NCBI GenBank assembly: GCA_023213395.1
Contig: CM041465.1
Location: forward strand, 228,167,741 to 228,231,740
DNA: 64,000 nt
Direction: 5' to 3'
Source of the DNA: Cycas panzhihuaensis
Taxonomy: Eukaryota > Plantae > Cycadophyta
Both the position numbers and the translations under genes were made by a program. Shown piece by piece: positions 12,217 through 26,000 of this stretch. Numbering within the stretch: the first letter of the stretch is position 1; every line of letters begins with the position of its first letter. The notes under the pieces were generated by a model. It was not told the DNA's origin. It saw only the letters and a list, made by a program, of their open reading frames with translations, and did no database searches.

Positions 12217-14229
12217 TATTAAGGAACATGCATTCATATACTTATGTTCCTATCCATAGAATCTTTAACAATACACAGTAAGCAAACAAATATAAACATA
12301 TAATACAGATGCACAGTACATAGAAATTATATGGGAAACCTTTTTGGGAAAAAACCCATGACAAAAGATTATTTAGTTCACATTGATTACACTCCTTAAA
12401 TTGATACATTGAATATATAAGGACTCTAACATTTTATATCCTTCCAAGAGGTGTCACCCGATAAGGGTTTTGACCCTTTGAATATCTCACACATTTTTAT
12501 TAATTACCATTAGTTAAACCACATGAATATTAATCAGTGGCTTAATATATAACTGATTGATTGTAAGATAGACAAGTTTGAAATTAGATATTATTTCTCT
12601 TAGAGAAGTTAAACTATTTTTAGTTTTAACAATCTTAGAACTTAAGATAGCTTTTCCTCCTTTTAAATGAATTTTATATAATTATTCTCTAAGAGATATT
12701 ATTTGGGCTTCATTCTTCTAGTTATAGAGGTAGGCTAAAATTCTCGAGTCATATAGGGGAGTAGTAGGAGCACCAATATGACTCAATAAGGAATCTCTAA
12801 TAGATAACATAATTATAACATGTGCAATCCTATCCCTTTCTTCCCCACTGATTATATATATTATATTAATAGATTTGGCTTCTTTTCTAGTGATAATATT
12901 CTATGTATTTTTTGCTATTAAAAGTCCTTACATTTTTAACTTCAAATTGCTAGAATTCTAACCAGCGAGTTTCTCTAAGTCCCCAAGGGAAAAATTTTAA
13001 GTTATTTTTAAAAAGAATAAAATGTATACTGAGAGAAACTGATAAACACAAGAAAAAAACTTATAGTAGATCATATAACTATATAATTGTATAGAACTAA
13101 AAAAAAAGTCTTCTCTCTCTTAAATAACTTCAAGACGTTCAAAAGCTTTAACACTTTTGATCTAGCCTCTCTTAGATTAAGCTATTCAAAAAATTCTTCT
13201 TCAATACTTTTAATTTATCTTCTCTTAGATTTTTAATAAACTTACTCTAATACTATGTTAGAATGATTGGAATAAATAAAGAAAATATTTTAATTCATAA
13301 ATGGCAGAGGCATATACTATCATATAAATGCATCATGGGTATATATGATAGCCTATGGATGTAGGCCAAATATCAACATTACATTAAATATGGATTAGAC
13401 ACATAACCCTCCCTTTAGAAAATAGATATAAAAGAAAAAACATTATTATTCTTAACATATTTCTTATAGGCTAGGAATATATATGTGAAGTCTATGACAT
13501 GAACATAGATAATACCATATAATCAACCAAGACTTTAGATGAATAATAACATCACAATAACTAAGAAAATAAATAGTTCATATAATTATACAAATAAAGA
13601 TTTAATATAACTTATTGTAGCTTTAGCATTTGATCTTATAAGTATTTGAGTTGAATTTAGATTTGATCTTGCTATTGGTTCTTTACTTGGACTTAGATTT
13701 CTATGAATTGGTTAATTATTTAACATAAAGGTTTTTTCCTTATGCATGGATTTAATTTCAAACAAACTTTTACCTAGCACAGTATCTTCTACATTTTCCT
13801 AATTTTAATGCTTTATGACATCTGAAGTACTTGAATCAATGTGTTCCTTTTATAGATAATTGTTTTCTCTATAAAATGGATAAAGCTTCAAGTACAATTC
13901 CTACTTTCTTATACATGAAGTTGGCTTAAGTTTTCTTGCAAAGTTGTTTAGAGTTTTAATAAGAAAGAGGAGAGGTTTACCAAAATATGCCCTAGTATCA
14001 AGTGCCATGATAAGGAGTTGATTTATCAATAAATTAATAAGATGAAATAGAAGTTGAAACTATTCTTCTTCTTCTTTTAACTTATTGTAATATGAAATAA
14101 ATAATAACTACTATCTAAATTCATAAAACAATGAGATGCCAAAAAGTGAATAATTAGTTCTCAATGTAAAATGCTAAAAACTAACTAAATTAAAACTATA
14201 TTGAAATAAAATTAAAAAATATAAATATA

Positions 14230-15405
14230 TGTAATGAGAAATAATATATGAAAACATGAATACATGTGGAACCAAAATGTGAACATGTACAATAAGTAGA
14301 GAAGACATAGGTTTTATCATAAGAAACCCTTACTAGTGAAAACCCACTAATACTTAATTGACTACATTGTAATACAACATAATATTATTTATTATCTATT
14401 TAGATCACTTAATATAACACTTAATTTGATATCAATTAATGATATATGATTGATTGATGATTCGTCATGGAGTTCATATGTATAACTCCCTAAGAAGTAT
14501 GTCCAACCAATGGTTGTGACCCTCCATTATGTCTAGTGACTCCTTGTATCTTATATCCATTCATATCTTTAGTATAACAACACAAAGCATTACTCCAATA
14601 TTTACTTAACTTTAACTATGTCTACTAACATACCTCTATTAATGTGAATGTAGGAACATATCTTTATACTTAGTTTTATCATCATGAGTGAAGATGAGAA
14701 TTGTCCTTACTAATACCATCTCCCTTTATTATATTAGGCAAATGTAAGAATTACCCTTGTTGACACTACCCCCCCCCCCTCAAGGATAATTTCTCTAAGT
14801 TTCTATAAGATATAAATCTTGATAAATTGATCTTTAGTAAGCACTTTTGTATATATACATAAGTTAATTGATTAAAACTCAAATAGAATTCCACCTATAG
14901 CTTTCCTATCTTTATCAACTCACAAACAAAATGGTACTAGATCTTAATATGCCTTATATATGCATAAAACTCTAGATTCTTTAATGGTTGATTAGTACTT
15001 TGATTATTGATGAAGATAATTAGTGTTCTACTTTGAATCGTCAATATTTTCAATAGTCCTTTCAACCATATAACTTTCTTAGCACTAATTGAGAGGTCCT
15101 AAAATTCAACATAAATCTTGATTTCATAAACATACCTTACATAACTTCTTTACATACCACATACCCAAAAATGTCCCCACCTTTGAATGGGTTTGATTAC
15201 CTCTCTCTAATGGTTCTTTTTATATTGAACTTGCTCTATACTAATTCTATAGTAGTTTCTATCTTTTTACGTGGCTTCTTCTACATTACACACACTTTAT
15301 CCATAGGCAATATACATCAATATGGTCTCCCTTATACTTCAAGCAATAATTTAGGATTCATATACCTTCAACATAACTCTTCGTGGCCTTAACATATATC
15401 TATAT
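14230..15405 (-). mobile_element. Degenerate copia 3' end (LTR, PPT, RNase H and late RT remnant); probably continues at 23089-23306
   Basis: LTR-like segment ending TGACA at 14765, then a poly-C PPT complement at 14769-14782. Minus-strand NNQS...RHIKI*YHFV (RNase H) and LNYCLKY motifs. 14300-14630 is similar to 43590-43890. Left end approximate. Confidence 0.7.
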
Positions 15406-18400
15406 TATTAAAATATTACTCTAATACCATGTTAAAATATATAATAGTAGAATTGAGTCATGAGATATGTACACAAGTAAATGAATCAATATGAATCTAA
15501 ATTAAATATCAAAAATGTATCAAGTATTCATAAGGATCATAACATAAAGCTTGCATTACCACAAGAGACAGACATTAAGATTTATATATGGAAAACCCAA
15601 TGTAAAAAAAACCATAGAAGAAGGTAGAGTTTAGACTCCTTTTATGATCATAATAATTACATCTCCTTTCTCTATCATTTCTTAAGTTCTCAAGTAATAT
15701 GTATACATATTTATAAAGTGATACACCTCATGAGTATTGAGTATCCTATGATGTTTCTTGATCCTTTACATCATCCAATAGTATGATTACATGGATATAT
15801 ATATATCTCATATATCTCAATATATGTGAATGATGGGATGGTGTATGTGTATCTCATATACATTAAATATTACATATATATGATTATTACATATTTTAAT
15901 ATTCTTCCTTAATATTTAATATCCTCGAATCTTGACTTTAAGTCTTCAAGTATTCATCCCTCGATCTTCAAACTATATGTTAGAACCTATAACGTGTAAC
16001 CTATATGTATAAGTTATATCACGTATAACTTGTAATCTGTAAATAACCTATATATAATCATTTGTGTACCTACAGTGACCATCATAAACAACCAACCTAT
16101 AATATAGACCATCACTAAGATCAATATATATGAAGTCTTTTCATATATATCTTTATACGTTCACCTATGTAATTACTTTCATTCAACATTCCATCAACTA
16201 TAATCAACATTCTATCAATCATTTATCAAATCAATAAATAAACAAAGTGATGTCTGAATCCATACAAAACAATAACCATCTAATGAAATATATAGGTAAC
16301 AAGCCTCTTTAATCTCTGGTTCTTTAGGTAATTACTTTAGATATATTGTTTATCATCATTTTATATTACTTGTAAAAAAGTGGCTTCATTCTTTCTATTA
16401 ACTAGATTATGTCAAAATTAGGAAGCATGTCTAGAATAGGCTTTTGGAGGCCCATGCGACCTGGTCAGGTCCGTGGGTTATAGCAGGAGATTTTAATATG
16501 GCCCTTTCTCCTGATGAGAAGAAAGAGGGGCAAATTGAATGGATAAAAAGCATGGAAGACCTGCAGTATTTTAAGCAGAAGAGTGGGCTTATGGATATCC
16601 CCTTATGGGGCCACAAGTTCACTTGGTCTAACAAAAGATTAGGGTCTCAGCATATCTAGGTCAAGCTAGACAAAATCATAATTAATTATGATTGGGCTAG
16701 CCAACATAGCAATATTAGGTTGGAAGCCTTGCCTAAGATAGTATTAGATCATACCCCACTAGTGCTAGGATTTGGAAAAAATAAATGGCAGGTAAGTGCC
16801 CCTTTCTGATTTGAGCTCATGTGGACAAGAGATCCCAGCCTTTACGCATTGATAACTGAATGGTAGAAGATCCCAGTATTTGCTTGTGTGATGTGGAGAT
16901 TTTCACAAATTAAACTGGGTGAAACGTTAGATCAAAGTATGGAATAAAAACTCCCACGAATATATTTTTTCCAGAAAGGATCAGATCTTAAAGGAGCTAA
17001 ATACCCTTGAAGGAAAAATACAGGGGCAAGGTCACACCCTCAATCTAGACCAAGGTGAAAGGAGTATTTTGTCTAAGCTAGAAGAAGTTCTGACTAAGGA
17101 GGAAAACTTTTGGAAACAAAAGTCTAGGACCTTATGGCTCACTGAGGGGGATAGAAACACAAAAAATTTGTATATGACAACAATAAAGCATAGAGCAGGC
17201 AATCACATTAAATCCTTGATAAATAAGCAGGGGGAGTAAATTCTAGACCAAGAGAGTATTAAAGATGCTATAGTGGAATACTTGCTAGAGTTATATAAGG
17301 AGTCGGGCTGTACAAATAAGGCAATTAGAAGGGAGGCTCTCGAGGTTATTCCAAACAAGATAAATGAAGCCATGAATAGAGTTTTGGAGGCCCCATTCTC
17401 ACAAGAAGAGATAAGGAAAGTTGTCTTTGGGATGAAGAGGAAGAAAGCTCCTGGACCTGATGGTTTTACTCTAGGTTTCTATCAGGAATATTGGGAGATT
17501 ATAAAGGATGACCTTCTAGAAGTTGTAAAGGAATTCTATATGAATAGTAAAATCCATGGTGATGGCAAGCAACGCTCTTGGTCTTAATCTCGAAGAAAAG
17601 TGATGCTAAGAGGATGGAAGACTTCAGACCCATTAGCCTTCATAATGTAAAATATAAAATTTTAGCCAAGGTTATGGCAAATAGGTTGAAAGAATATCTC
17701 CCCTCGATTATAGGCCCAAACCAGGATGAGTTTGTAAAAGGAAGATAAATTTTGGATGGTATCATCATGGTCCATGAAATGATTCATTCAATTTCCCAGA
17801 GGAAGGACCCTAGAATGATTATTAAGATTAACCTTTCAAAGGCCTATGATAGGGTATTGTGGGGATGCTTGTTGGACTATATTGGTGCTTTTAGTTTTGG
17901 GAATAGTTGGAGAACTTGGATTAAGAGCTACATATCAAGGCCCAGATTCTCTATGATCATAAATTGGTCCTCCTTTGCCTTCTTTCAGGCTACAGAGGCC
18001 TAAGACAAGGGGACCCGCTGGCCCCCTATTTGTTTATTATAATGGCAGAGCTCATTGGAAGGTCTATGGAGGAAGCTAGGGTCTCCAAGAACATTGTGGG
18101 TCTTAAACCCATGTCGAGAGTGGATAATATTGTGCATCGCCATTTTATGGATGACAACATCCTACTTAAGAAGGCCATGATAAAAGAATCTAGGGCAATA
18201 AAAGTTCAGCTGGAAAGATTTGAAATAGTAACAAACTAGAAAATAAATCTAGAAAAATATAACATCTTTTTCTTAAACACCATGGAAAGAACGAAGAGAG
18301 CTATCTGCGGGATCCTGGAGATGTTGCCCAGGGTGTTGCCCACCCTTTATCTTAGAATACCTCTCTTTATTGGCAGAATGGAGAAGTACCTTTAGAACCT

Positions 18401-21400
18401 GATCATTAGTAGGGTCCAAAGGAAGTTAGCAGGTTGGAAAGGAGCTCTGTTGAGTCAGGCTGGGAAATTATAACTCCTTGTTTCCTCCCTCCAGAGTACA
18501 CCTACATACATGATGTCCTTGTTTAGGTGTCTTGGGAAGGTTAACAACGCTCTTGAATCCATCCAAAAGAGGTTTATGTGGTCTGGGACTGAGGATAAAT
18601 AGAGAGCCCACTTAGTGTCTTGGGAGAAATTGTGCCTTTCTAAATGGTTGGGAGGCTTGAATGTTAAGGATATAACATGTTTTAACAAAGCTCTAATAGC
18701 CAAATGGGGATGGAGAATGGCCATTAAGGAGGAGAGGGTATGGTATAAGATTATTTCTTAAAAATACCTCAGGGGCAAGCAATTCTTGAAGTATAATGTT
18801 CCTTGGAAACACAGTTCAGCCATATGGAGGAGTTTAAAGTTTGTGAGAAAAATGTTAATGATTGGGGCCTAGTGGAGTTTGGGAGATGAAAAAGATATAG
18901 ACTTCTGGGAGGATACTTGGCACGAGCATAGGCAACTAAACATATGGCCTACTTTTGCTACCCTGTAACCTGCTTATCAGAGCAGGTTTGGTAAAAACTT
19001 TGAAGAAGTTTCCCATGATATAGGGGATAAGCAGCAAATTGTAGAGCTTAGGAATGAGCTAGATAGAATATACATTCCTAGATTTCTAAAAGAAGACACT
19101 TTGGTCTAGCCAGGATCTCCCACTAGCATTTATATAGTTAAATCTAAGTACCTTTTCCTAATGGTTGAAAAAGGTATCACGGAACATAAGTTATTACCGA
19201 GTGTGTGGAAACTGGGGTTAATCCCCAAAATCACTATCTTTTGGTGGCTCTATCTTAGGAATAAGATTCTTACATTAAATAATCTCAGGAAGAGAGGCTT
19301 CCAATTGGAGAGCAGGTGTGTTCTATACTTCAAGGATGAGGAGCCCTTAGACCACATGTTCTTGCACTACACCTATGCAAGGGAAGTGTGGGCTAAGCTC
19401 TAGGGCTCATTTGAAGTTTTGTGGGCCATCTGTGAGATGGTAAAAGACCTTGTTGTGGCATGGGGCTACCCTTTCAAATGAACGACTCTCTAGTCCTTAT
19501 GGTTAACATCCCTCCCCACTCTTGTGTGGAATATATGGAAAGAAAGGGATAAGTGCATCTTTCAGGATAGGAGAATATCTGAGTCTAACATATTCGTGAT
19601 TATTGAGACATCCCTGAAAGAAACCTCCAAGGCAAAAGAAGAATGTGTTATTACCCATGATGATAGGAGGATTCTAACCAGGTGGGGCTTTGAGGATATC
19701 AAGCCTAAACCGAAGGAGGTTAGACATGGGGGCTGGAGCCCACCCCCACAAGACTGGATCAACATAAACTTTGATGGTGCATCAAAAGATAATCCCAGAG
19801 AGGCCAGGGGTGGAGGAGTTTACAGAGATGGGGGAGGTAAGGTTATATGGGCCTTTGTTGAGTATTATGGTAACCAGACCAATCATGAGGCAGAGTTGAG
19901 AGCTATGCATAGAGTTATAGATCTAGTTACCAGAGATGGAAGCTTGAAAGTAATAGTGGATGGGGATTCCCTAAATGTAATAAAGTTGATCAGGGGGAAG
20001 TAGAGACAGACTGGAAGCACTGAGCTATGATTCAGGATGTGAGGGTTATGCTCCATAAGACTGAAGAAGTCTAGGTTAACCACACATATAGAGAAGGGAA
20101 TGGGGTGGTTGATCATCTGGCTAATTAGGGGGTTCAACATAGAAGGAATGAGTTGTGGACAAATGACTTACCTGAAGAAATTATGGGCCTGGTTCGTAAG
20201 GATTTGGGGGGATCCTAGATTCAATTGATATAATTATGTCTAGTGAGTTCAATAGCTATGTCATGGGCTTATCACGACCAACTTTTGTAGCCATTTTGGC
20301 AAACTTTATATATGGGTTGGGGTCCTTTTTAACCCCCACATTTATTTACACCATATCAAAAAAAAAAAAAAAAACTAGACTATGTCAAAATTTAAATATT
20401 ATTTGGATCTCAACTACAACTAATTTAGTATGCCACATGAGACTTTTCTTTATCTAATTAATAAGTGGATTCTTTATCTCCTTATCAATCAAATTGGGCA
20501 CTTATTAAATGCTAGGTGGTGGCATTAATCATCAAAAATAGGTTTAATCAATTAGGTGGTATGCTTATTTAGTTAGTACTTACCATCCACTAAACTAAAT
20601 ATGTTTTTCTAAGGGGGAAATAGTATGCTTAACATATCACAAATATTTCATATCATAAATTCATCAAATGTTTCTTACTTCATGAATTTTTTAACTGAGT
20701 TTAAGCCTTTAAATGTCATAAATGAGCTTTAATTTGATCATATTTAATAAAACTTTATTTTTCTTCCACCATCTTTCAAAAATAACTTTATCATCATGAC
20801 TAGAGCCTTTGAAAACATTAAAATATACTGAAATTTTTCATGGAACTCATCTTTTATGAGGTTTTAAGCACTTGTATCAACTTTAGCTTTTATTTTCATT
20901 ATCATCTATTATCTTAAGTATGTTGTGTGACCACTCATTTTGATCATCTTAAAGTTGTCTTTCCAACACAACTAACATTACCTAATTCTGATATACTAGT
21001 GATGAGTTCAACTTAGAAAAGTGCCAATGTGTTACGAAAAACCTATAATCCTTAACAAATTACTTGTAAAATTTAAAAATCAATTAAATTCCAAATAATA
21101 TTTTTATAAAATCAAAATAATTCAATCTAGTTAACTCTATTTTGGAGTCTTCCCCCTTTTTTAGCTTAGCCTCTAATCATACGGGCTCTACACATGACCA
21201 CCTGCTAACCGATGGGGGCTAATGGACCAAACCTCAAAAACTATTTAATTCAACTAAGTTTATCATTTTATATACAATTTTTGTATTCTATAAAAAATAA
21301 TTCATCTGCATAATTTCATCTCTACATACAAAAATTTTCCTATATATATCTCAATTTCTTTATGCATTTTATCCAAATGATTGACAATCTCTGGTAAGTG

Positions 21401-23083
21401 TATTATTTATGGGTCTTATTCAGGCATCTATGTTCCATGCCCTGTAGCATCACAAAATGCATCCTTTACATCTTATTCCTTTTGTGACTCTTGTAATCAA
21501 TGGAGTGCAAGGTTTGATTAGGATGATTCATGTGACTACACCCATAGTAAGGTTTCTCCTCTGTGGCATCATTTTTTTCATAAACAGTGAGTTTATCTCT
21601 ATGGTTCTGTATAGTTTTGTAGCAGACAACTCCTCTATGGGGTAGTAGATAGGTGAGCAGGTAGTTGTTTTGGTCTTCCTCCTTGATAAAGTGATGGTGG
21701 CTATGGTTGGTAGGTTTTTAAACCCCCTTTCATGTCAATAGATTGCTCAGAAGATAGTGTTGTTGCAGTCATCAATGAATCATAATATAAGTAATTGGCC
21801 ACCATATATATGTCCTTGACATTTCCTATAACCATAATACCAAATTTTGAATATTATATAAAAGACTTATTAATTTCATAATTATGTGTTTGTTGTTAAC
21901 ATCTTACGTTATGATTTGTTGCCATCAAATAATTTATTCATATGTATGCCAAAAATTGATTTAAAATATGCCCTTTCTTAATATTTTTATTAAATCAAAA
22001 CTATTAATAACTTATAATATGCCCTCAACATATGTAATTTTATAATAATATCACTATACAATTTATTTTCATGTCACCATATGCATCAAATTTCTTCATA
22101 TATATGTTATTTTATCCATATAAGCATTTCATGTTGCTATAATAAATTGTCTACATAATTAAATATTATTTTCCATATATCTTTATAATTTATTGTCAAA
22201 AAACCTATCAAATACTATTTATGTCATATTTATCAACATGTTGTTACACAAGCCTGCTACTACTTCATTCTTATTAATGGGTTAATAACCTCATTCTGGC
22301 AGTAAATCTCATTATGAGATGCTCATAAATGCTTAGAAAATGGTTCATAAGTGATAGTAAATCCTTTGTGAGGACACTAATATAAGCCTTCACTAATGAA
22401 CATCAATATCTATTTCACCTCTTGTATGCAAATGGATCACTAGTATAACACTAGTATATTCAAACTTCTAACTCATCAAATAAACCTCATATATGGCTTG
22501 GTATTAACTCTGTCATAACTCATATTAACTCATTAAATAGGATCACATAGGCTATCTTCTTGTTGCACTAGATCTTCCAACCATAGCTTTGATATCATGT
22601 TAAACTATTACTCTAATACCATGTTAAAATATATAATTATATAATTGACTCATAAGATATGTACATAAATAAATGAATCAATATGAACATAAAGTAAATA
22701 TTAAATATATATTAAGCATTAATAAGGATCATAACATAAAGGATGTATCACCATAAGAGAGACACCAAGATTTATATGTGGAAAACCTAATGTAAAAAAA
22801 AGCATGAAAGAAGGTGGAGTTTAAACTTCTCTTATGATTGTAATAATTACATCTCTTTTCTCTATCTTTTCTAAAGTTCTCAAGTGGTATATGTATATAT
22901 TTATAATGTGATACACCTCATGAGAGCCTATGATACATCTTGAGCCTTTACATCATCCAATAGTGTGATTATATGGATATGTATGCATCTCACATGTTTA
23001 GATGCATGTGAATGGTGGAATAGTATATGTTTATATCATATACATTAAACATTACATATATATGATTATTACATATTTCAACA
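15406..23083 (-). mobile_element. Non-autonomous LTR retrotransposon (element B) containing LINE-2
   Basis: LTR pair 15406-15901 and 22598-23083 (~85% identical). PPT complement TTCTTCCTT right after 15901; PBS complement GCTTTGATATCA 22586-22597. Candidate TSD TATAT / CATGT differs only by two transitions. About 2.7 kb of non-coding interior remains after removing the LINE. Confidence 0.85.
16420..20372 (+). mobile_element. L1-clade LINE (LINE-2), 5'-truncated, degenerate, with RNase H
   Basis: 20-bp TSD AACTAGA(T/C)TATGTCAAAATT (16400-16419 / 20373-20392); poly(A) 20358-20372. Fragments AGDFN, KAPGPDG, GLRQGDPLAP, HFMDD, NINFDGASKDNP. Confidence 0.95.
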
Positions 23084-26000
23084 CATGTAGCCTCTTACAC
23101 TACAACACAACTTTAATATAACTTAAATACTTATAAAGATCTTTATAATAGCATAAATGCTTTGCTTAATAAGTGAATATATGTTTGAACAAGAATATCT
23201 AGACCACCTCACTTCAAATACTTCATCATGGCTTCATCATATTTTTAGTGTAGTATATATTTACTTCAGTGACTCTCAAAGATTTCACAAATCTCATAGT
23301 CACCTTTGTTGGAAAAAATATCCAATTAGATCTAAATCCCATTCATACTCTCTCATAGATTATTTGTATTCTATATTATTGATCACCATGAGTTATAAGT
23401 CACTTTAAAATATATAACAACATATAATAGTTGACCTTTAAGGGTTCTCACATGTGGTGAGTTGTTATATAAGAACATACATGATTTTTCTAATAATTTA
23501 AAATTTGGCCAATATTTCACCATACATTATGTCTATTACATTGTGCATACTTTATCTATATTATGTCCATTATTTCATTCTTTCACTCACCACAAATATT
23601 TATCTTTGTTGGGTCTATAATCATAAGCTCTATTTGCATCCTATTTTATTATATTAGAGCATCTCCTAAATCTAACATTTGTTATCAAAACTTAAGGTTC
23701 AAATTCTAGAAGTATTCATTGAGCTTATTATGTTTATATTTTTAGAGCCATATTTATGTTATTTAAGGAACTTATTTTAGTGTTTATTTAATGATCTACT
23801 ATACATTTTCTTTGAAGAGTTTTTTATGATATTTTAGGGCTACATTTTTATATATATTTAGGTATTAATTCATTATTGTTTGTATAAGGTATTTGGGGTT
23901 GTTTACTATTACTTTTAAAGTTGTATTAAAGTATTTTTTAAGCTATCGGTTAGTTTTTAAAGCAAATTTTTAAGTGCATGAAGGTTATTATTTAAGCTAT
24001 AGAAATAAAGAGTTAATGGCAAGAAAATGGTAGAATTTTTCATGTTGAAAAGATATTTTTGGTGACCTATTTCTTAGTGCATGGGGCTAGCCATTATAAA
24101 ATTTACATGTAATACTTTATAAAGGTCACAAAAGTAGTTTTTGAAGTTATTTTTTATAGCCAAAAAATGAGCAGATCAACCAAAGTTATACAATCCTAAT
24201 CATCCTACATAAGTAGTCAATTAACTGCTCAAAAAAGGGGGAACAAGAATGATTTTTAATGGTAGTTTTAAACCTTATTTTGGAGGCCTTTATAGGTGTC
24301 TCGTAACTAAGATTTGCTATCAATTTTAAGGCCATAAGAAGGGCATCAAAAAGGTGTTTTTTATAATGGATATCATCATATGTTTTATAGTAATATTTTA
24401 CTTTGTAAAAATAAAATTTATATGAAAAGATGCATGTTTTTCTTATTTGTGCTACCAATGAACCTAAGAATAAATGCCTACCCTCTTATTATTATTCCCT
24501 TATAGCAACTATTGAAATGTTTAGGAGGTTTTTGTTTTTTTTTAAGAAAAAGAGAGAAATATATGAAAAGTACTTAATTTTTTATTTTTTTGTTGTAAAC
24601 CCCTTAATCTAGTTTTTGGCAATATTAACACCAACTTTAGAAATGAGAGTGTTGATTTTTATACTTATGTTTTCATTCTATCCATGGCATGTATAAGAGA
24701 TGCAAAAAGTGCATATGCCAAGCCTTGTAGTTATTCCTCATATGAGAGGAAGCATCCCCATAGTCGAGTAGAGGCTCATTATAAAGAAGAACCCATAGAA
24801 GTATATAGCAAAGTATGAAGAAGTGATAGCAATAGGGGCATCCTCCATAAAGTATCCCCCACAGAGGTGAACTCCCATAGCCTAACAAATGGATATACAA
24901 GAGGCATTGAAGCCTTGCATATAAAAAGAAATAATGATAGAGTTTTAGAGCTCAATAGATCATAAAGAAGAGGTAAGGTCAAATTCATATCATTTAATAA
25001 AGTAGAGATGTAGATGTAGCTCTAGGAAGAAGGGTGATAGACTGTCAAACTAGGAAGCATATATTAAGGTTATACATCACATACAGAGCTAGTAATAGAT
25101 CAATAAACTCATAGTAGGAAACATCACAAACTATTACAGAGGTAGATGGAAGAGGGAACATTATAGAGCTAAAAACATGTTAGAGTTTCTTAAAGATAAC
25201 CCTCTATACAAAGAGGTGATAATGAGCACCATAGCAATGCCAACCTTCATATGGAAGTAGAATTAAAGATCCCCAATGACTCTTAAGTGATGAAGAAAAT
25301 AGCATCTGGATGCAAACCTATAGTGAAAAGGAGAAATAGAAAAAAATGAAATTAACCCTAATGTTAGCATTAAAAAATTATAAATTAAAAAATAAATTTA
25401 ATTATTTTTTTATATGTTTTCAAATTTATGAACCATGCAAACTTCAAATTTGGTAAGGAATTTTTGATTTTTTTTACAATTAGAAAATTATATTTAACTA
25501 CATTTAATATAATTTAAAAATTGTAGCCCCTTGGCTGATAGCCCATGGTCATATGCATTCCCTACATGACCTCAGTCTCTAGCACAAAAGGGGCTTGGCG
25601 CTTAATTTCATCCCCTTAAGGATCCATGCTCACTTATTTAGCCATAACATAAGCATACAGAGTCAAATTTTAGATTTGAAAGTTGCATTAGATTTCTAAT
25701 TAAGTGTTCTTTGATTTGGCAAGTGATATGAGCTATTTTGGAGTTTATTTAAAGGAGAAAACTTAGCCCAAAGATAAAAGGTTTTTTTTTTAACTTATAT
25801 TTTTATGAAAGTTTCATTATATTTAGCGCATTTCATCATTTTAAAAGGTTTCAAATCAGTTTTATTAATGTAATATACCCTAAATAAGGGGATGAAATGT
25901 AAAAATTATCATATAGGCTTTAGTTTAAGCTCTTGAGAATCCATTTATTATTAAATTTATCATTGGAGAGAGTCATTATATGCTATATTTCAGTCACATC

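Larger units (their letters stand above)
1..12631 (-). mobile_element. Degenerate Ty1/copia LTR retrotransposon (host), interrupted by LTR element A (432-4835) and LINE-1 (4970-9148); its 3' part runs off the left window edge
   Basis: Minus-strand remnants occur in copia order: gag start ~10834 (MEHVILKVIFNDNNFSEWKANMEL), gag ORF 10424-10651, protease-like LDS ~9960, GAG-pre-integrase 9399-9587 (LWHDHLRHLN...CEGC). Integrase at 4841-4952 (YIPQYNRVVERKNHIMMEMVRCM) continues at 426-170 (LPLIF*EKA...HLKTFG...KCIFIGY). tRNA-iMet PBS at 12205-12216; putative 5' LTR ~12217-12631 (right end uncertain). Confidence 0.8.

Noticed and set aside
12632-14229. AT-rich interval possibly TE-derived
   Set aside because: No termini, repeats or protein motifs that I can support.
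15418-15429. PBS left of the 15.4-kb LTR read as a separate element or tandem array
   Set aside because: The same 24-bp extension exists at the partner LTR and the outer boundary gives a plausible TSD, so it is treated as part of the LTR (see findings).
24186-24988. Short ORFs in the element C interior as a captured gene or DNA transposase
   Set aside because: No recognisable domain, TIRs or splice structure.
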